Position numbers and translations under genes: made by a program. This document shows, piece after piece, positions 18,852-32,465 of a stretch of DNA of 64,000 nucleotides (positions within the stretch are counted from its first letter, which is position 1; every line of letters starts with the position of its first letter). The notes below the pieces were generated by a model, which made no database searches, was not told the origin of the DNA, and saw only the letters and a program-made list of their open reading frames with translations. Source of the DNA: an uncultured Gemmatimonadales bacterium (lineage in GTDB: Bacteria > Gemmatimonadota > Gemmatimonadetes > Gemmatimonadales > Gemmatimonadaceae); the NCBI GenBank assembly GCA_963707505.1, contig CAVPQB010000003.1, positions 672,001 to 736,000 of the forward strand, given 5' to 3'.

Positions 18852-20721
18852 CTGACTCAGCGCGACGCTCGACAAGAGCGAGAGCAAGCGCAGAGACGTA
18901 GCGCCTCACGACTCCGATAGTCGACGACACCGCCGCCTGACCCGTCATGTACGGATCAGCGATCTCATGCGGCCGATATACACCAGATGGCGTCATTCCA
19001 CCGAACAACATCAGCTTCCCTCGTGCCTCGGGGAAGGTCGCAAGAATGTTCGCGAAGTTGAACTCGTCCATTGCAAATATCACATCGTTGGCCGCGACGA
19101 GCTGCGCCGTGAGCAGAGTGGCGCGATGCTCGTCGAGATCCACGCCCATCTCGCGGGCCGCATGCCTCACACGTGGATCGGCCGCCTTGCCGTTGTGTGC
19201 ATGCGTGCCGGCGGAGGACACGAGAATGTCGGTTATTCCAGCGGCGACCAGATCGTCGCGCAGGAACTGCGCTGCCGACGCACTCCGCATGATGTTGCCG
19301 TGGCAGACGAACATCACCGAATTGATTACGGGCGGAAGTGAAACCTCGCGCTCGATACCCGTGAGACGTGCCAGACGTCGACGCACATAAACGCCACGCC
19401 TGTTTCCCGGAAGTGTGCGCGCCGACTTTGCGATGGAAAGCGCCTGCACTGGTACAACTGCACGTATGATTCCCTTGATGATCTCCCGAGTCCATCCGGA
19501 TATGACACGTGTGTATTCCTGGATTGCCGGCACCGGATCGCTCCAGGACCACATCGCCGATCGCGTACCCAACCGAAAATCGGCGAACAGCTGTCGCGTG
19601 GCAGACGACATCGGGATGCGCTCGGCGTCGTCCGCAAATGCATGGGCAAATCGCTTGAGCGAGCCCGCGGTCCAGCGAACACGCAGACCGGAGCGGTACG
19701 ACGATGGAACGGCGGGCGCGATGCCCTGGGACAGCTGCCACGCATATAACGGGAAATCCATACCAGCCGCGACGGCGAGCGGGAGCGATCCCCAGAAACG
19801 GCCATTCACTTCCATCAACGCCGTTTCGCCCGTCGCACGATCGTGCCGGTACTCGACCATCGCTACTCCATCCCACTCCAGCGCCTTGAGAAGCCGAACT
19901 GAATAGTCGAGCAGCAATGGATCGACCAGCTCCGCCTCCGCGACAACCGCGACACCGCCAGATGGCGGATTTTCGGACAGCCGCCGGTGCTGGAACGACG
20001 CAATGGCGTCACCGTCGGACATGAGAAGCTCGATGCCGACTCCCTGCCCTCCGTGGTAGCTCTGGAAAACGAGTCCTTCGCCGAACCGCGGCTGATCAGC
20101 AAACGCTGCGCGCAGCTCCGGCGCGCTGGTGAACGTGCGCGTCTTGAAGTTGTGGACCGTCGTCCGACTCTTGTCGCCGGGCTTCGCGATGATGGGAAAG
20201 CGCATCTGCGGAAGCGCCGCCTCCAACTCGCCTGCGCCGTCGATGCTGATCGAAATCGGGACTGGCACGCCGCACTGTGCCGCGATAGCCAGTGTCGCAG
20301 CTTTGTCAAGCACACGTTGGACGACGTGAGGCGGCGGGCAGCCGACCGCACACAACCGGGACAGAGAATCGTACGCAGCACAAACGATGCACAAGGATGA
20401 ATCGCTGGTCGGCACGACCCACACTGCGTTCTCCGCCTCGACCAGCATGCGTAAGAGCTGCGCGGAATCGTCGATGCTTCCTCCCAGTTGCACGACACCC
20501 GCGATGGCCCGGGACGTAACGTGGAGACGCTGCCCAGCCTGGACGGCGACGATCGATCGTACACCCTGGCGGTGGAGCGACCGCGCGATGGTGACAACCT
20601 TGCGCGGCTCCTCGCCGACGATGACAGCCGTCGGTGTATGCGTCTCGGTGGCGACACGGGTGTCGTGCGGCAGCGTGGCCTGACGAGCGCGGTGACTACT
20701 CACAATCATCAAGTGACGCAA
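18829..20721 (-). CDS. ATP-grasp ligase fused to low-molecular-weight protein tyrosine phosphatase
   Basis: DKAAT, FPIIAKP, AMVEYR, LMEVNGRFWGS (ATP-grasp); FVCHGNIMRS, SAGT, IADPY (LMW-PTP); start uncertain. Confidence 0.85.
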   Translation of the reverse strand: MRHLMIVSSHRARQATLPHDTRVATETHTPTAVIVGEEPRKVVTIARSLHRQGVRSIVAVQAGQRLHVTSRAIAGVVQLGGSIDDSAQLLRMLVEAENAVWVVPTSDSSLCIVCAAYDSLSRLCAVGCPPPHVVQRVLDKAATLAIAAQCGVPVPISISIDGAGELEAALPQMRFPIIAKPGDKSRTTVHNFKTRTFTSAPELRAAFADQPRFGEGLVFQSYHGGQGVGIELLMSDGDAIASFQHRRLSENPPSGGVAVVAEAELVDPLLLDYSVRLLKALEWDGVAMVEYRHDRATGETALMEVNGRFWGSLPLAVAAGMDFPLYAWQLSQGIAPAVPSSYRSGLRVRWTAGSLKRFAHAFADDAERIPMSSATRQLFADFRLGTRSAMWSWSDPVPAIQEYTRVISGWTREIIKGIIRAVVPVQALSIAKSARTLPGNRRGVYVRRRLARLTGIEREVSLPPVINSVMFVCHGNIMRSASAAQFLRDDLVAAGITDILVSSAGTHAHNGKAADPRVRHAAREMGVDLDEHRATLLTAQLVAANDVIFAMDEFNFANILATFPEARGKLMLFGGMTPSGVYRPHEIADPYMTGQAAVSSTIGVVRRYVSALALALVERRAESVRKDSQP

Positions 20722-20811
20722 GCGACACGTGAGGCGTCAGAATGGTGTGCCGAAAAAGGAAGCGTACATAGGGTCGAAATGTATCGTGGGAGCTCAGACG
20801 GCGCTCCCAGA

Positions 20812-21777
20812 ATGACGCGCCCGATCCTTCGCTGGCCATTGAGCCCGCGGATGCTGCTTGCTCTGCTACCCGAATCACAGCAACAGGTCATCAAGGCGCG
20901 TGCGCGCAGGTTGCGGTCGCAACTGTTCCACCGCGTATACGCCTACGACGCGACGCAACTGACGGCAAAGTTGCGACGTCTGGGGATTGGCGAGGGCGAC
21001 GCAATCATGATGCAGTCATCATTCGATAATCTCAACGGCTTTGCCGGAGACGCGGCCGACGTTGTCGACTGCGTGCTCGATGTCATCGGTCCGACTGGGC
21101 ATCTCTTCATGGTGTCGATGCCCTATGGCGGTGCCGCGCGGGACTACCTCCGAGATGCCAAACCGTTCGATGTACGGCGAACGCCGTCGCACATGGGATT
21201 TCTCTCGGAGCTGTTTCGGCGCCGGAAAGGAGTTCTGCGCAGCGCCAATCCGATGCACCCGGTCCTGGCATGGGGGCCGCGCGCCGAATGGATCGTCGAA
21301 GGTCATGAAGACCTGACGTATTCCTGCGGCGAGAATTCGCCATTCGAGAAGATGCTCGAGCTCGACACCACGGCGCTCCTGTTCGACGTCGATCTGGACG
21401 TACTGACGTTCGCGCATTATCTGGAGCATGTTTTCAGAGACACGGCTCCGGCTCAAGTGTACTCCGACGAGCCGATCGAAGCGGAGATAGTCGACCGAAG
21501 TGGGACGCGCCGCCGGGTCGCTGTGTATCCCTTCGCGCCGGAAGCAATGAAGTTGCGGAATTTCGGTGTGTTGTACGATGAGCTATTGGCCCAGAACCGC
21601 GTGCACGAAGCGCGAATCGGCAATACCGACTTGCGGCTGGTGAAACTCCGCGACGTACTGGCGTGTTGCGCCGAGCTTGTGGAGCACGGCCGCCACATCT
21701 TCGCGCAGCCCGGTGAAGCGACGCACATCAAGCCGCGGCGTGCCGGTCGCATCCGACGTCTCTTTCGGAGACGCTGA
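20812..21777 (+). CDS. AAC(3)-family N-acetyltransferase
   Basis: LGIGEGDAIMMQSS, FDVRRTPSHMG.LSELFR, RSANPMH, TFAHYLE. Confidence 0.8.
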   Translation: MTRPILRWPLSPRMLLALLPESQQQVIKARARRLRSQLFHRVYAYDATQLTAKLRRLGIGEGDAIMMQSSFDNLNGFAGDAADVVDCVLDVIGPTGHLFMVSMPYGGAARDYLRDAKPFDVRRTPSHMGFLSELFRRRKGVLRSANPMHPVLAWGPRAEWIVEGHEDLTYSCGENSPFEKMLELDTTALLFDVDLDVLTFAHYLEHVFRDTAPAQVYSDEPIEAEIVDRSGTRRRVAVYPFAPEAMKLRNFGVLYDELLAQNRVHEARIGNTDLRLVKLRDVLACCAELVEHGRHIFAQPGEATHIKPRRAGRIRRLFRRR

Positions 21778-21833
21778 CAACAGGTTCACAGTCGTCGCTC
21801 ACGCGTCGATTCATACGGTTCACACAGAGCGGG

Positions 21834-22541
21834 TCAGCTCGCAGCGGGTCGGCTCGTAGCGGGGGAGCCAACGACAACGCGTGCGAACCCTCTCGCCGTA
21901 TCGCGGCGCTCCCACGTGGTGTTGAACTCCGTCTCCCAGCGCGAGAGTATCGCCTGTTCCGGCGGCCGATTCGCGTCATCCAGCAGGACCTTGCATTCAG
22001 ATGTGAGCTTGCCCGCGAGGAGCGGCAATACCCCGTAGCGTCCGCCTCGGGTATCGGATGGCGGACCGTCACACACCACCAGCGAAATGTCAGCCGGTAG
22101 TGAATCGGGCACGGTGTACCAATCGAACTCGCCGTAGTTCTGTAGCGGCGCGTAGTGAACCGTATTGTTCGCGAGGCCAAACGCTGCGCATGTCGCGGAC
22201 ACACGTTGCTGCCACTCGGCGTTGTGCTCCAGGGAATGCAGCTGTGCACCGGTTTGCCGAACGATGGCAGCGAGCAGGATCGTGGACAGGCCGCTGCCGC
22301 ATTCGACTATCGTGCCCCGCGCCACCTCGGCTTCTGATATCAGGCGCGCCAGATAGTCCTCGTCGGCAGCCCACGTTTCGTTGCCCCAGCCGTACTCGGC
22401 GTCGGTAAGCGCGAACATTGGCAAGCGCGCACCCACACGCCGATCGATGAACCGCCGAATCGCGTTGCCGAAGATTCGCTCGCGGTTGGGTTGCCAGCGG
22501 TTGAGCTGGCGCCTGCGGAGTTTGGTCAGAACTGAATCCAT
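21834..22541 (-). CDS. Class I SAM methyltransferase (Methyltransf_24-like)
   Basis: IVECGSGLST, SLEHN, VCDGPP, LLDDANR; start approximate. Confidence 0.82.
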   Translation of the reverse strand: MDSVLTKLRRRQLNRWQPNRERIFGNAIRRFIDRRVGARLPMFALTDAEYGWGNETWAADEDYLARLISEAEVARGTIVECGSGLSTILLAAIVRQTGAQLHSLEHNAEWQQRVSATCAAFGLANNTVHYAPLQNYGEFDWYTVPDSLPADISLVVCDGPPSDTRGGRYGVLPLLAGKLTSECKVLLDDANRPPEQAILSRWETEFNTTWERRDTARGFARVVVGSPATSRPAAS

Positions 22542-22799
22542 CGCGCGCATCCGAAGATTGAAGTAACCGTCGGCCGTGTTGCCCGGCGTCCCGGTTCGTT
22601 GCAAAAGCGGGGCTACGATGGCAGCGATGGATGAGTCGTTACGTCCGGTTACTTCTCAACTTCGGGCAATCGTGGCATATCGAACGATCGTTCGATTCCG
22701 ATTGAACCGGGAAACGGGTGTAGTGGCCCCGCTAATGCACTTCCAGGTCCCGAAGGACGCGGCATTCCGCCGCTCGACATTCTTATGGGGGAAGGCACG

Positions 22800-23414
22800 A
22801 TGATCGTTATCAGAAAGTTTGCCGCGGCTGGAATTATCGCCGCGAGCGTTGGAGTCGTTCCTGGGATCGTTCTGGCACAGGGGACCGTGGTTCGGCGCGA
22901 TACGGTGGTCACGGTTCACCAGGACACGGTTGTTCACACCAAGCAGGACACGTCGGTCGTGACGACGACCGTGAGCTCCAGCACCACCAACACCGCTGGT
23001 GATGCATCGGTAGGTGTCACGCTGTCCCGCATGCCCAATTACAAGATCATGACCGAGCTGCTCACCGAGGCTCATCTCATGCCGTCGCTACGCGGCGCGG
23101 CGCCGATGACGCTCTTCGCACCGACTGATGATGCATGGGCAAAGTTGTCGCCCAGCGACATGGCGGCGCTCAGAGCGGATACCACGCGGCTCCGGAATCT
23201 GCTGCTCAACATGATGGTGAGCGGCAAGATCGATACTCGTGAGATTCTGAAGCTCAAGACCGCAACCAACATGCATGGCTCACGCATTCGCTTCACGTAC
23301 TCGAATGGGATGCCCAAGGTCAACGATCAGCCCATCGTGCAGCCCGGTGTCATGGCGTCCAACGGATTCATTTACGGAATCTCCGGCGTCATTGGAATGA
23401 GCGGAGAAGAGTAA
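22800..23414 (+). CDS. Secreted fasciclin (FAS1) domain protein
   Basis: Signal peptide; TLFAPTDDAW and ASNGFIYGI. Confidence 0.85.
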   Translation: MIVIRKFAAAGIIAASVGVVPGIVLAQGTVVRRDTVVTVHQDTVVHTKQDTSVVTTTVSSSTTNTAGDASVGVTLSRMPNYKIMTELLTEAHLMPSLRGAAPMTLFAPTDDAWAKLSPSDMAALRADTTRLRNLLLNMMVSGKIDTREILKLKTATNMHGSRIRFTYSNGMPKVNDQPIVQPGVMASNGFIYGISGVIGMSGEE

Positions 23415-23448
23415 GCGAAAGCGCAGCAACCTGAGATCACGACGAAAC

Positions 23449-23487
23449 AAAGCGACCGTGAATGCATCGCGCATTCACGGTCGCTTT
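23449..23487. terminator. Hairpin, likely bidirectional terminator between fasciclin and icd
   Basis: 17-bp perfect stem aaagcgaccgtgaatgc/gcattcacggtcgcttt. Confidence 0.7.
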
Positions 23488-23510
23488 ATTGTCGCAATCC
23501 CGTGTACCCT

Positions 23511-24962
23511 CTACGATTCTCCCTGGGCCTTGCTGAATCCGTCCTTCCCATCGAAGCGCTGCAACTTCTCCAGATGTACCCAGCGGTACGTCGACGAGAT
23601 GCGCTGAAGAAGATCGAATATCTGAGCGTCGGTCGCATCCGTCTCTACCGGGCCGGACGCTACGAAGCGGCACTGGAACGCATCGACGAGCGATGTGCCG
23701 TGGCCGGTATCGGGCCACACGGCGGTGCCGCGATTCGAGATCACCTTGAGGGCGAGGCCAGTGGACTCGGCGAGACGCGTCAGCGCATCGCCGATCTGCT
23801 TCGGATGCTCGAGTGATTCGATGAACACGTCGACGCCAACGACGCTGCGCGTCCGGACGTTCACGTGACCCACTTCGTTGCTGGCCCGCGGAACGTTGAT
23901 GCGCTTGAACTCGCGCGGCTTGGCGAGCTTCGAGGTCTTGCCGATGTTGCCGATAATGGCGTCGGTGAATTCCGTTGTCGACGACGCGGCGCGCGCACTT
24001 TCCATGTCTCCCGTGCGCACCCCGTCTTCAAGCGTGACGAGTACGGCATGCTCGATCTCGCTGGCGGCCTTGCCCTCTCCAACGTGACGGAGCAACATCA
24101 GCGCGCTCAGAATCAACGCGGTGGGATTCGCGAGGTTCTTGCCGGCGATATCGGGCGCAGATCCGTGCACTGCCTCGAACATCGCGACGTCGCTGCCGAT
24201 GTTCGCAGACGGGGCGAAGCCGAGTCCGCCCGTGAGGCCCGAGGTGAGATCGCTCAGGATGTCGCCGTTCATGTTCGTCGTCAGAATGATGTCGAACTGC
24301 TCGGGATGCATCGCGAGTTGATGGGCGCAGTTGTCAACGAGAATGTGACGCGCTTCGATGGAGGGATATTCCTTCGATATGTCTTCGAAGGTGTGCTGCA
24401 CGAGTCCTTCGGTGAACTTCATGATGTTCGCCTTGGTGGCGCAGTGGATCTTGTGGCGCCCCTCGGCGACAGCGTACTCGAAGGCAAATCGGGTGATCTT
24501 CTCGCAGCCCGGCCTGCTGATGACCTTGAGGCACTGTGCGACGGCCGGTGTCTCCATGTGCTCGATGCCAGCGTAGAGATCCTCGACGTTCTCGCGAACG
24601 ACGACGATGTCGATGTTCCTGCCGGCATAGGGGGTCTTCACCCCTGGCAGCTCACGGACCGGACGAACGTTCGCAAAGGTCTCGAAGAGCTTTCGGAGGG
24701 TGACGTTCGCGCTCTTGTTGCCGTAGCCGATTGGCGTCTCGAGCGGCCCTTTGAGGACGAGCCGGGTTCTTTCGATGGACTCGATGGTCTCGGCGGGGAC
24801 GCCGGACTCGACGCCGCGCTTGAAAGCTTCGGCACCCGCAACCTGGAAGTCCGCATCCAGCGTGACACCGGCGGCGGCGATGATTTTGAGGGCGGAGGCG
24901 ACGACTTCCGGACCGATTCCGTCGCCAGGAAGGACTGTGAGCTTGATAGCAGATGAAGACAT
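23511..24962 (-). CDS. icd: Isocitrate dehydrogenase (long form with C-terminal extension)
   Basis: GDGIGPEV, SANVTLRK, RENVEDLY, KANIMK, NMNGDILSD, FEAVHGSAPDIAG. Confidence 0.92.
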   Translation of the reverse strand: MSSSAIKLTVLPGDGIGPEVVASALKIIAAAGVTLDADFQVAGAEAFKRGVESGVPAETIESIERTRLVLKGPLETPIGYGNKSANVTLRKLFETFANVRPVRELPGVKTPYAGRNIDIVVVRENVEDLYAGIEHMETPAVAQCLKVISRPGCEKITRFAFEYAVAEGRHKIHCATKANIMKFTEGLVQHTFEDISKEYPSIEARHILVDNCAHQLAMHPEQFDIILTTNMNGDILSDLTSGLTGGLGFAPSANIGSDVAMFEAVHGSAPDIAGKNLANPTALILSALMLLRHVGEGKAASEIEHAVLVTLEDGVRTGDMESARAASSTTEFTDAIIGNIGKTSKLAKPREFKRINVPRASNEVGHVNVRTRSVVGVDVFIESLEHPKQIGDALTRLAESTGLALKVISNRGTAVWPDTGHGTSLVDAFQCRFVASGPVETDATDAQIFDLLQRISSTYRWVHLEKLQRFDGKDGFSKAQGES

Positions 24963-25165
24963 GGGGACAAATCTATCGGCGCATACCCCGTTCTTCACAA
25001 CATCTGATTGATGCGTGACGTACCCGAAACGGATAGGTTTGGCGCGCGGCCGGCTGCGAAATGCATCCGCGCCCTGGGAAGGCCAGCCCGTCAGTGCCGC
25101 GGTGGGGCGCGGACATATCCGCGCCTGAAGAATCCATGTTGTTCCTATTAATGCGGGGGTCGTAC

Positions 25166-28500
<3,335 letters not shown>

Positions 28501-28504
<4 letters not shown>

Positions 28505-29913
28505 AGCGTGCACTTCTTGCTCTTTGTACCATCGCACTTTCTGCAACGCCAATCTCGACCCGCGCCCAATCGCAACCGGTAATCATTCGTGGTGGGTGGA
28601 TATTCACCGCCACGAGTGACACGGTGGAGCACAACCGCGGAATCTTCATCCGTGCGGGAAAGATCCTTGTCACTGACGGAAACATGGCGGAGGAGGATAC
28701 CACCGGAGCGCGTGTCATCACGTTGTCGAGTGACGAATATGTGCTTCCTGGCATCTTCGACATGCACGCGCACTACAACATGACTCTGGGCGAGGGAGGA
28801 GTCCGGCAGGACGAATACAAGTACAACCCTCTCATCTTCCTCGCAAATGGCGTGACGTCGACATTCCCGGCCGGGGAGTATGACCCGGAAGGAATGATGG
28901 AGACGCGAAAGCGCATCGACAGCAACCAGCAGATCGGGCCGCGGATATACAACTCGGGACCGTACTTCGGCACCGCGCGCCGGGGATGGACTGAGGGAAT
29001 GACACCGGACTCCATCTACAAGGAAGTCGATTTTTGGGCCGCGAATGGAGTCCGCAGCTTCAAGGCGAAGGGGATCTCGCCGCGGGATCTCAGGCCACTC
29101 ATCGAACGGGCGCATCTGCACGGGATAACGGTGACCGCGCACCTGGAATCCGGATTCAAAAACAGCACCAACGCGAAAGATGCGATTCTCATGGGGATCG
29201 ACCGTGTCGAGCACATTCTTGGCGGCGATGAGCTGTCACGCGACAAATCGGCGTATCCGTCGTGGATTCACGTCGACACGGCGTCGCGCGAATTCAAGGA
29301 CATCGTGCAGCTATTCCTGCGGCACCATGTAGTGTTCGATCCTACGATCACGGCACCGGTGTACTTCACGACCGTCGCCGACAAGCCTGGATTCGACTAC
29401 TGGGTGGATGAGCGCAAGTTCTTCACTCCGTACGTACAACAGTGGGTCAAACAACAGCCGCCGAGGAAGGCATTTCCGTTGTTCGATTCGCTGTACTATG
29501 CGATGCGACGTACCACGAAGGCATTTTATGACGCCGGCGGGACGCTCACACTCGGCACCGACAATCCGAGCCGCGGCGAGTATCTCGCCGGCTTCTCGGC
29601 ACACCGCGAGCTGCAGACTCTGGTAGTCTCCGGTATTCCCGCTTCGGCGGCGTTGCGGATCGGAACCATCAATGGTGCCAGAGCGTTGAATGTCGGTTCC
29701 ACGCTCGGCTCCATCGAGGCCGGCAAGCTTGCGGATCTGTTCGTGATTCGCGGAAACCCACTCCGCGACATCACGAATACCCGACACGTTCAGATGGTGA
29801 TGAAGGGCGGCATCGTGTACGACCCTGCCGTGCTGTTGAAGATGGCGGAAGGGAAAATCGGCCCTGCCGGACCGCAGGCGCGGCCAGCGCAGGGATCCCG
29901 TCCGCAGTCCTGA
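28501..29913 (+). CDS. Secreted amidohydrolase family protein
   Basis: LPGIFDMHAH, AHLE, VEH, GTD, GSIEAGKLADL. Confidence 0.85.
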
Positions 29914-30044
29914 TGCGGACACCCTGACCGGACTGATAAGAGTGCGTCGGGAGGGGGCCGTGACGCATGGTCCGCTCCCGATGTATCTGCACCTCTGTGG
30001 CGCCCCGTTGTGGGACCCGGTTAGTTTACAGGAGTACAAAAGTC

Positions 30045-30118
30045 GCGCGCGTAGCTCAGCTGGATAGAGCGTCGGCCTCCGGAGCCGAAGGTCGTGGGTT
30101 CGAATCCCGCCGCGCGCA
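30045..30118 (+). tRNA. tRNA-Arg(CCG)
   Basis: Acceptor GCGCGCG/CGCGCGC, D-arm GCTCAGCTGGATAGAGC, anticodon loop CT-CCG-GA, T-loop GTTCGAATC; CCA not encoded. Confidence 0.95.
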
Positions 30119-30169
30119 CTGCACCCCCCTTCCACTCGCAGGCTCGAATCCGGCACCCCTCCCCGCCGC

Positions 30170-31114
30170 ATGCCACGCGTCGAACACTGGTCCCAGCTCA
30201 GAATAGGTCTGATCGTCCTCGCCGGCATCATCGCCGCAGTCGCGGCCGTCCTGTCGTTCGCGCGCATCGGCGCGCTGCACGGCAAGACGACGCGGCTCTA
30301 TCTGGTAACGGATATGGCATCCGGAGTCATGAACGGCACCGAGGTCTGGCTCGCCGGCAAGAAGATCGGACTGGTTCGATCCGTGGGATTGAGGCCGCCG
30401 GCATCGGATACCGCAGAGCGCGTTGCGATCGCGATGGACGTGCTCGATCCGTATGTCCGATACATTCGCCGAAACTCCGACGTGCGGATACAACCGGGCG
30501 GAAGATTGATCGGAAGCCCTGTCGTTTATATCGACGTCGGAACTGCGGCTGCGCCCGGAGTCAGCGCCGGCGACACACTGCGCGCCGGTGCGCAGGTTCA
30601 GGCCCGGTCGGGATTGGCGGATGCGTCTTCACTCGGCGACAGTCTGACCGAAATCGCAGCCACCGTATCCACGGTCAAAAGGGAATTTGACTCGACTGCG
30701 AATGATCTGTCCGGATTGGCCAGAATGTCCTCGCGTCAGGCGAACGCGGTGCACGTCGCGCTCGACAATTTCTCTGATCGCGCGCTCGCATCGCGCGGGA
30801 CTCTCGCCGGTTTCGTGCGGGACACGGCGCGCCTGCGCGCGGAAGCATCACGCGTGAGCGCGCTCGCCGATTCCATTGGCATGGCGGCGAACGGGAGTGG
30901 CGAGATCGGCCGATTCCGGCGCGACTCGACGCTCGTCCTGCAGGCTCGGCAAACACTCGCATCCGTTGCTGATCTTCGCCGCAGAGTTGCGCGCTATGCG
31001 GGCCGGTCGGATGAGGGAACGGCGCTCGCGGCGCAACTGGACCGCGCACACGCGCAGCTGGATTCCATCGTGCAGGATGCCAAGAGCCATCCACTTCGAT
31101 ACATCACGTTTTAG
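30170..31114 (+). CDS. MlaD/MCE domain protein
   Basis: N-terminal TM, SGVMNGTEVWLAGKKIG.V, LIGSPVVYI, helical C-terminus. Confidence 0.8.
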   Translation: MPRVEHWSQLRIGLIVLAGIIAAVAAVLSFARIGALHGKTTRLYLVTDMASGVMNGTEVWLAGKKIGLVRSVGLRPPASDTAERVAIAMDVLDPYVRYIRRNSDVRIQPGGRLIGSPVVYIDVGTAAAPGVSAGDTLRAGAQVQARSGLADASSLGDSLTEIAATVSTVKREFDSTANDLSGLARMSSRQANAVHVALDNFSDRALASRGTLAGFVRDTARLRAEASRVSALADSIGMAANGSGEIGRFRRDSTLVLQARQTLASVADLRRRVARYAGRSDEGTALAAQLDRAHAQLDSIVQDAKSHPLRYITF

Positions 31115-31180
31115 ACGCGCGCTGCGTAAGTCATCAGCGCCATCCAACACACGCACACAACACACGTAAAGCAATTTTTT

Positions 31181-32434
31181 GTGGAAATAGCAGAACTCAA
31201 GCGGCAAACAGTAGCCGAGCTGCACGGCATGGCCGACGGCCTGCAGGTGGAGCACTCGGAAGGCCTTACGAAGCCTGAGCTGATCCTGAAGATTGGCCAG
31301 AGCCTGCTCGATGCCGGTGTATCGCTACATGCCGAGGGCGTGCTGGAGATCCTGCCAGAGGGTTACGGATTTCTCCGCAGCCAGGACTGGAGCTATCTGG
31401 CGGGGCCGGATGATGTGTATGTGTCACCGTCTCAGATCAAGCGCTTCGATCTGCGCACGGGCGACGAGGTATTCGGCGAAGTACGACCGCCGAAGCCGTG
31501 GGAAAAATACCTCGCCCTGCTCCGGGTGGAACAGGTAAATGGACTCGAGCCGGATACTACCAAGACTCGCACGCCATTCGACTCGCTGCGGCCACAATAT
31601 CCCGACACACGCCTTCGCCTGGAAACGGAGGACGGCGACCTCAGCATGCGTGTCGTGGACATCATGGCGCCGATCGGAAAGGGGCAGCGTGGATTGATCG
31701 TTGCGCCGCCACGCGCCGGTAAGACGATCCTGCTCACCAAGATGGCGAACGCAATCTCGGAGAATCATCCAGAGGTGCGGATCATCATGCTGCTGATCGA
31801 CGAACGTCCGGAAGAGGTGACCGAGATCAAGGCAACGGTACCGCGCGCCGAGGTGATCAGCTCGACGTTTGACGAGGGCGCAGCACGGCACGTGCAGGTT
31901 TCCGACATGGTGCTGCAGAAGGCGCGCAGACTGGTGGAGGCAGGCCACGACGTCGTCATACTGCTCGATTCGATCACGCGCTTTGCGCGCGCTCACAACA
32001 CCGTTGCGCCAACGACCGGCAAGATTCTCTCTGGCGGCGTCGAGGCGACTGCGTTGCAGAAGCCCAAGGCGTTCTTCGGAACCGCGCGCAACATCGACGG
32101 CGGTGGATCTCTGACCATCATCGCGACCGCGCTCATCGAAACGGGGTCGCGGATGGACGACGTGATCTTCGAGGAATTCAAGGGAACCGGCAACATGGAG
32201 CTGGTTCTCGACCGACGCATCGCAGACCGCCGCATCTATCCGGCGATCGACATCTTCAAATCCGGAACACGCAAGGAAGAGCTGCTGCTGGATCAGAGCG
32301 AGATCAACCGGACGACCTTGTTGCGCCAGTTTCTGTCGGACATGCCCGAGACCGACGCGATCGACTTTCTGCTGAAGCAGATGGCGCGTACCAAGAACAA
32401 CGCAGAATTCTTCCGCAAGATGGCTGAAGGTTGA
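31181..32434 (+). CDS. rho: Transcription termination factor Rho
   Basis: [57 protein letters not shown]. Confidence 0.97.
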   Translation: MEIAELKRQTVAELHGMADGLQVEHSEGLTKPELILKIGQSLLDAGVSLHAEGVLEILPEGYGFLRSQDWSYLAGPDDVYVSPSQIKRFDLRTGDEVFGEVRPPKPWEKYLALLRVEQVNGLEPDTTKTRTPFDSLRPQYPDTRLRLETEDGDLSMRVVDIMAPIGKGQRGLIVAPPRAGKTILLTKMANAISENHPEVRIIMLLIDERPEEVTEIKATVPRAEVISSTFDEGAARHVQVSDMVLQKARRLVEAGHDVVILLDSITRFARAHNTVAPTTGKILSGGVEATALQKPKAFFGTARNIDGGGSLTIIATALIETGSRMDDVIFEEFKGTGNMELVLDRRIADRRIYPAIDIFKSGTRKEELLLDQSEINRTTLLRQFLSDMPETDAIDFLLKQMARTKNNAEFFRKMAEG

Positions 32435-32465
32435 CGCTTCGACACCTCCGACGACCCGCGGCCGA

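Noticed and set aside
21828..21865. Short 15-bp imperfect tandem repeat at the end of the methyltransferase
   Set aside because: About 2.5 copies; likely local slippage with no evident function.
22700..22770. Cobalamin or c-di-GMP riboswitch upstream of fasciclin
   Set aside because: Only short fragments (GGGAA..GGTG, GCCCCGC) match; required stems are missing.
25020..25135. Riboswitch before the BNR protein (CTGGGAAGGC, hairpins)
   Set aside because: No complete consensus; hairpins are expected at this GC content.
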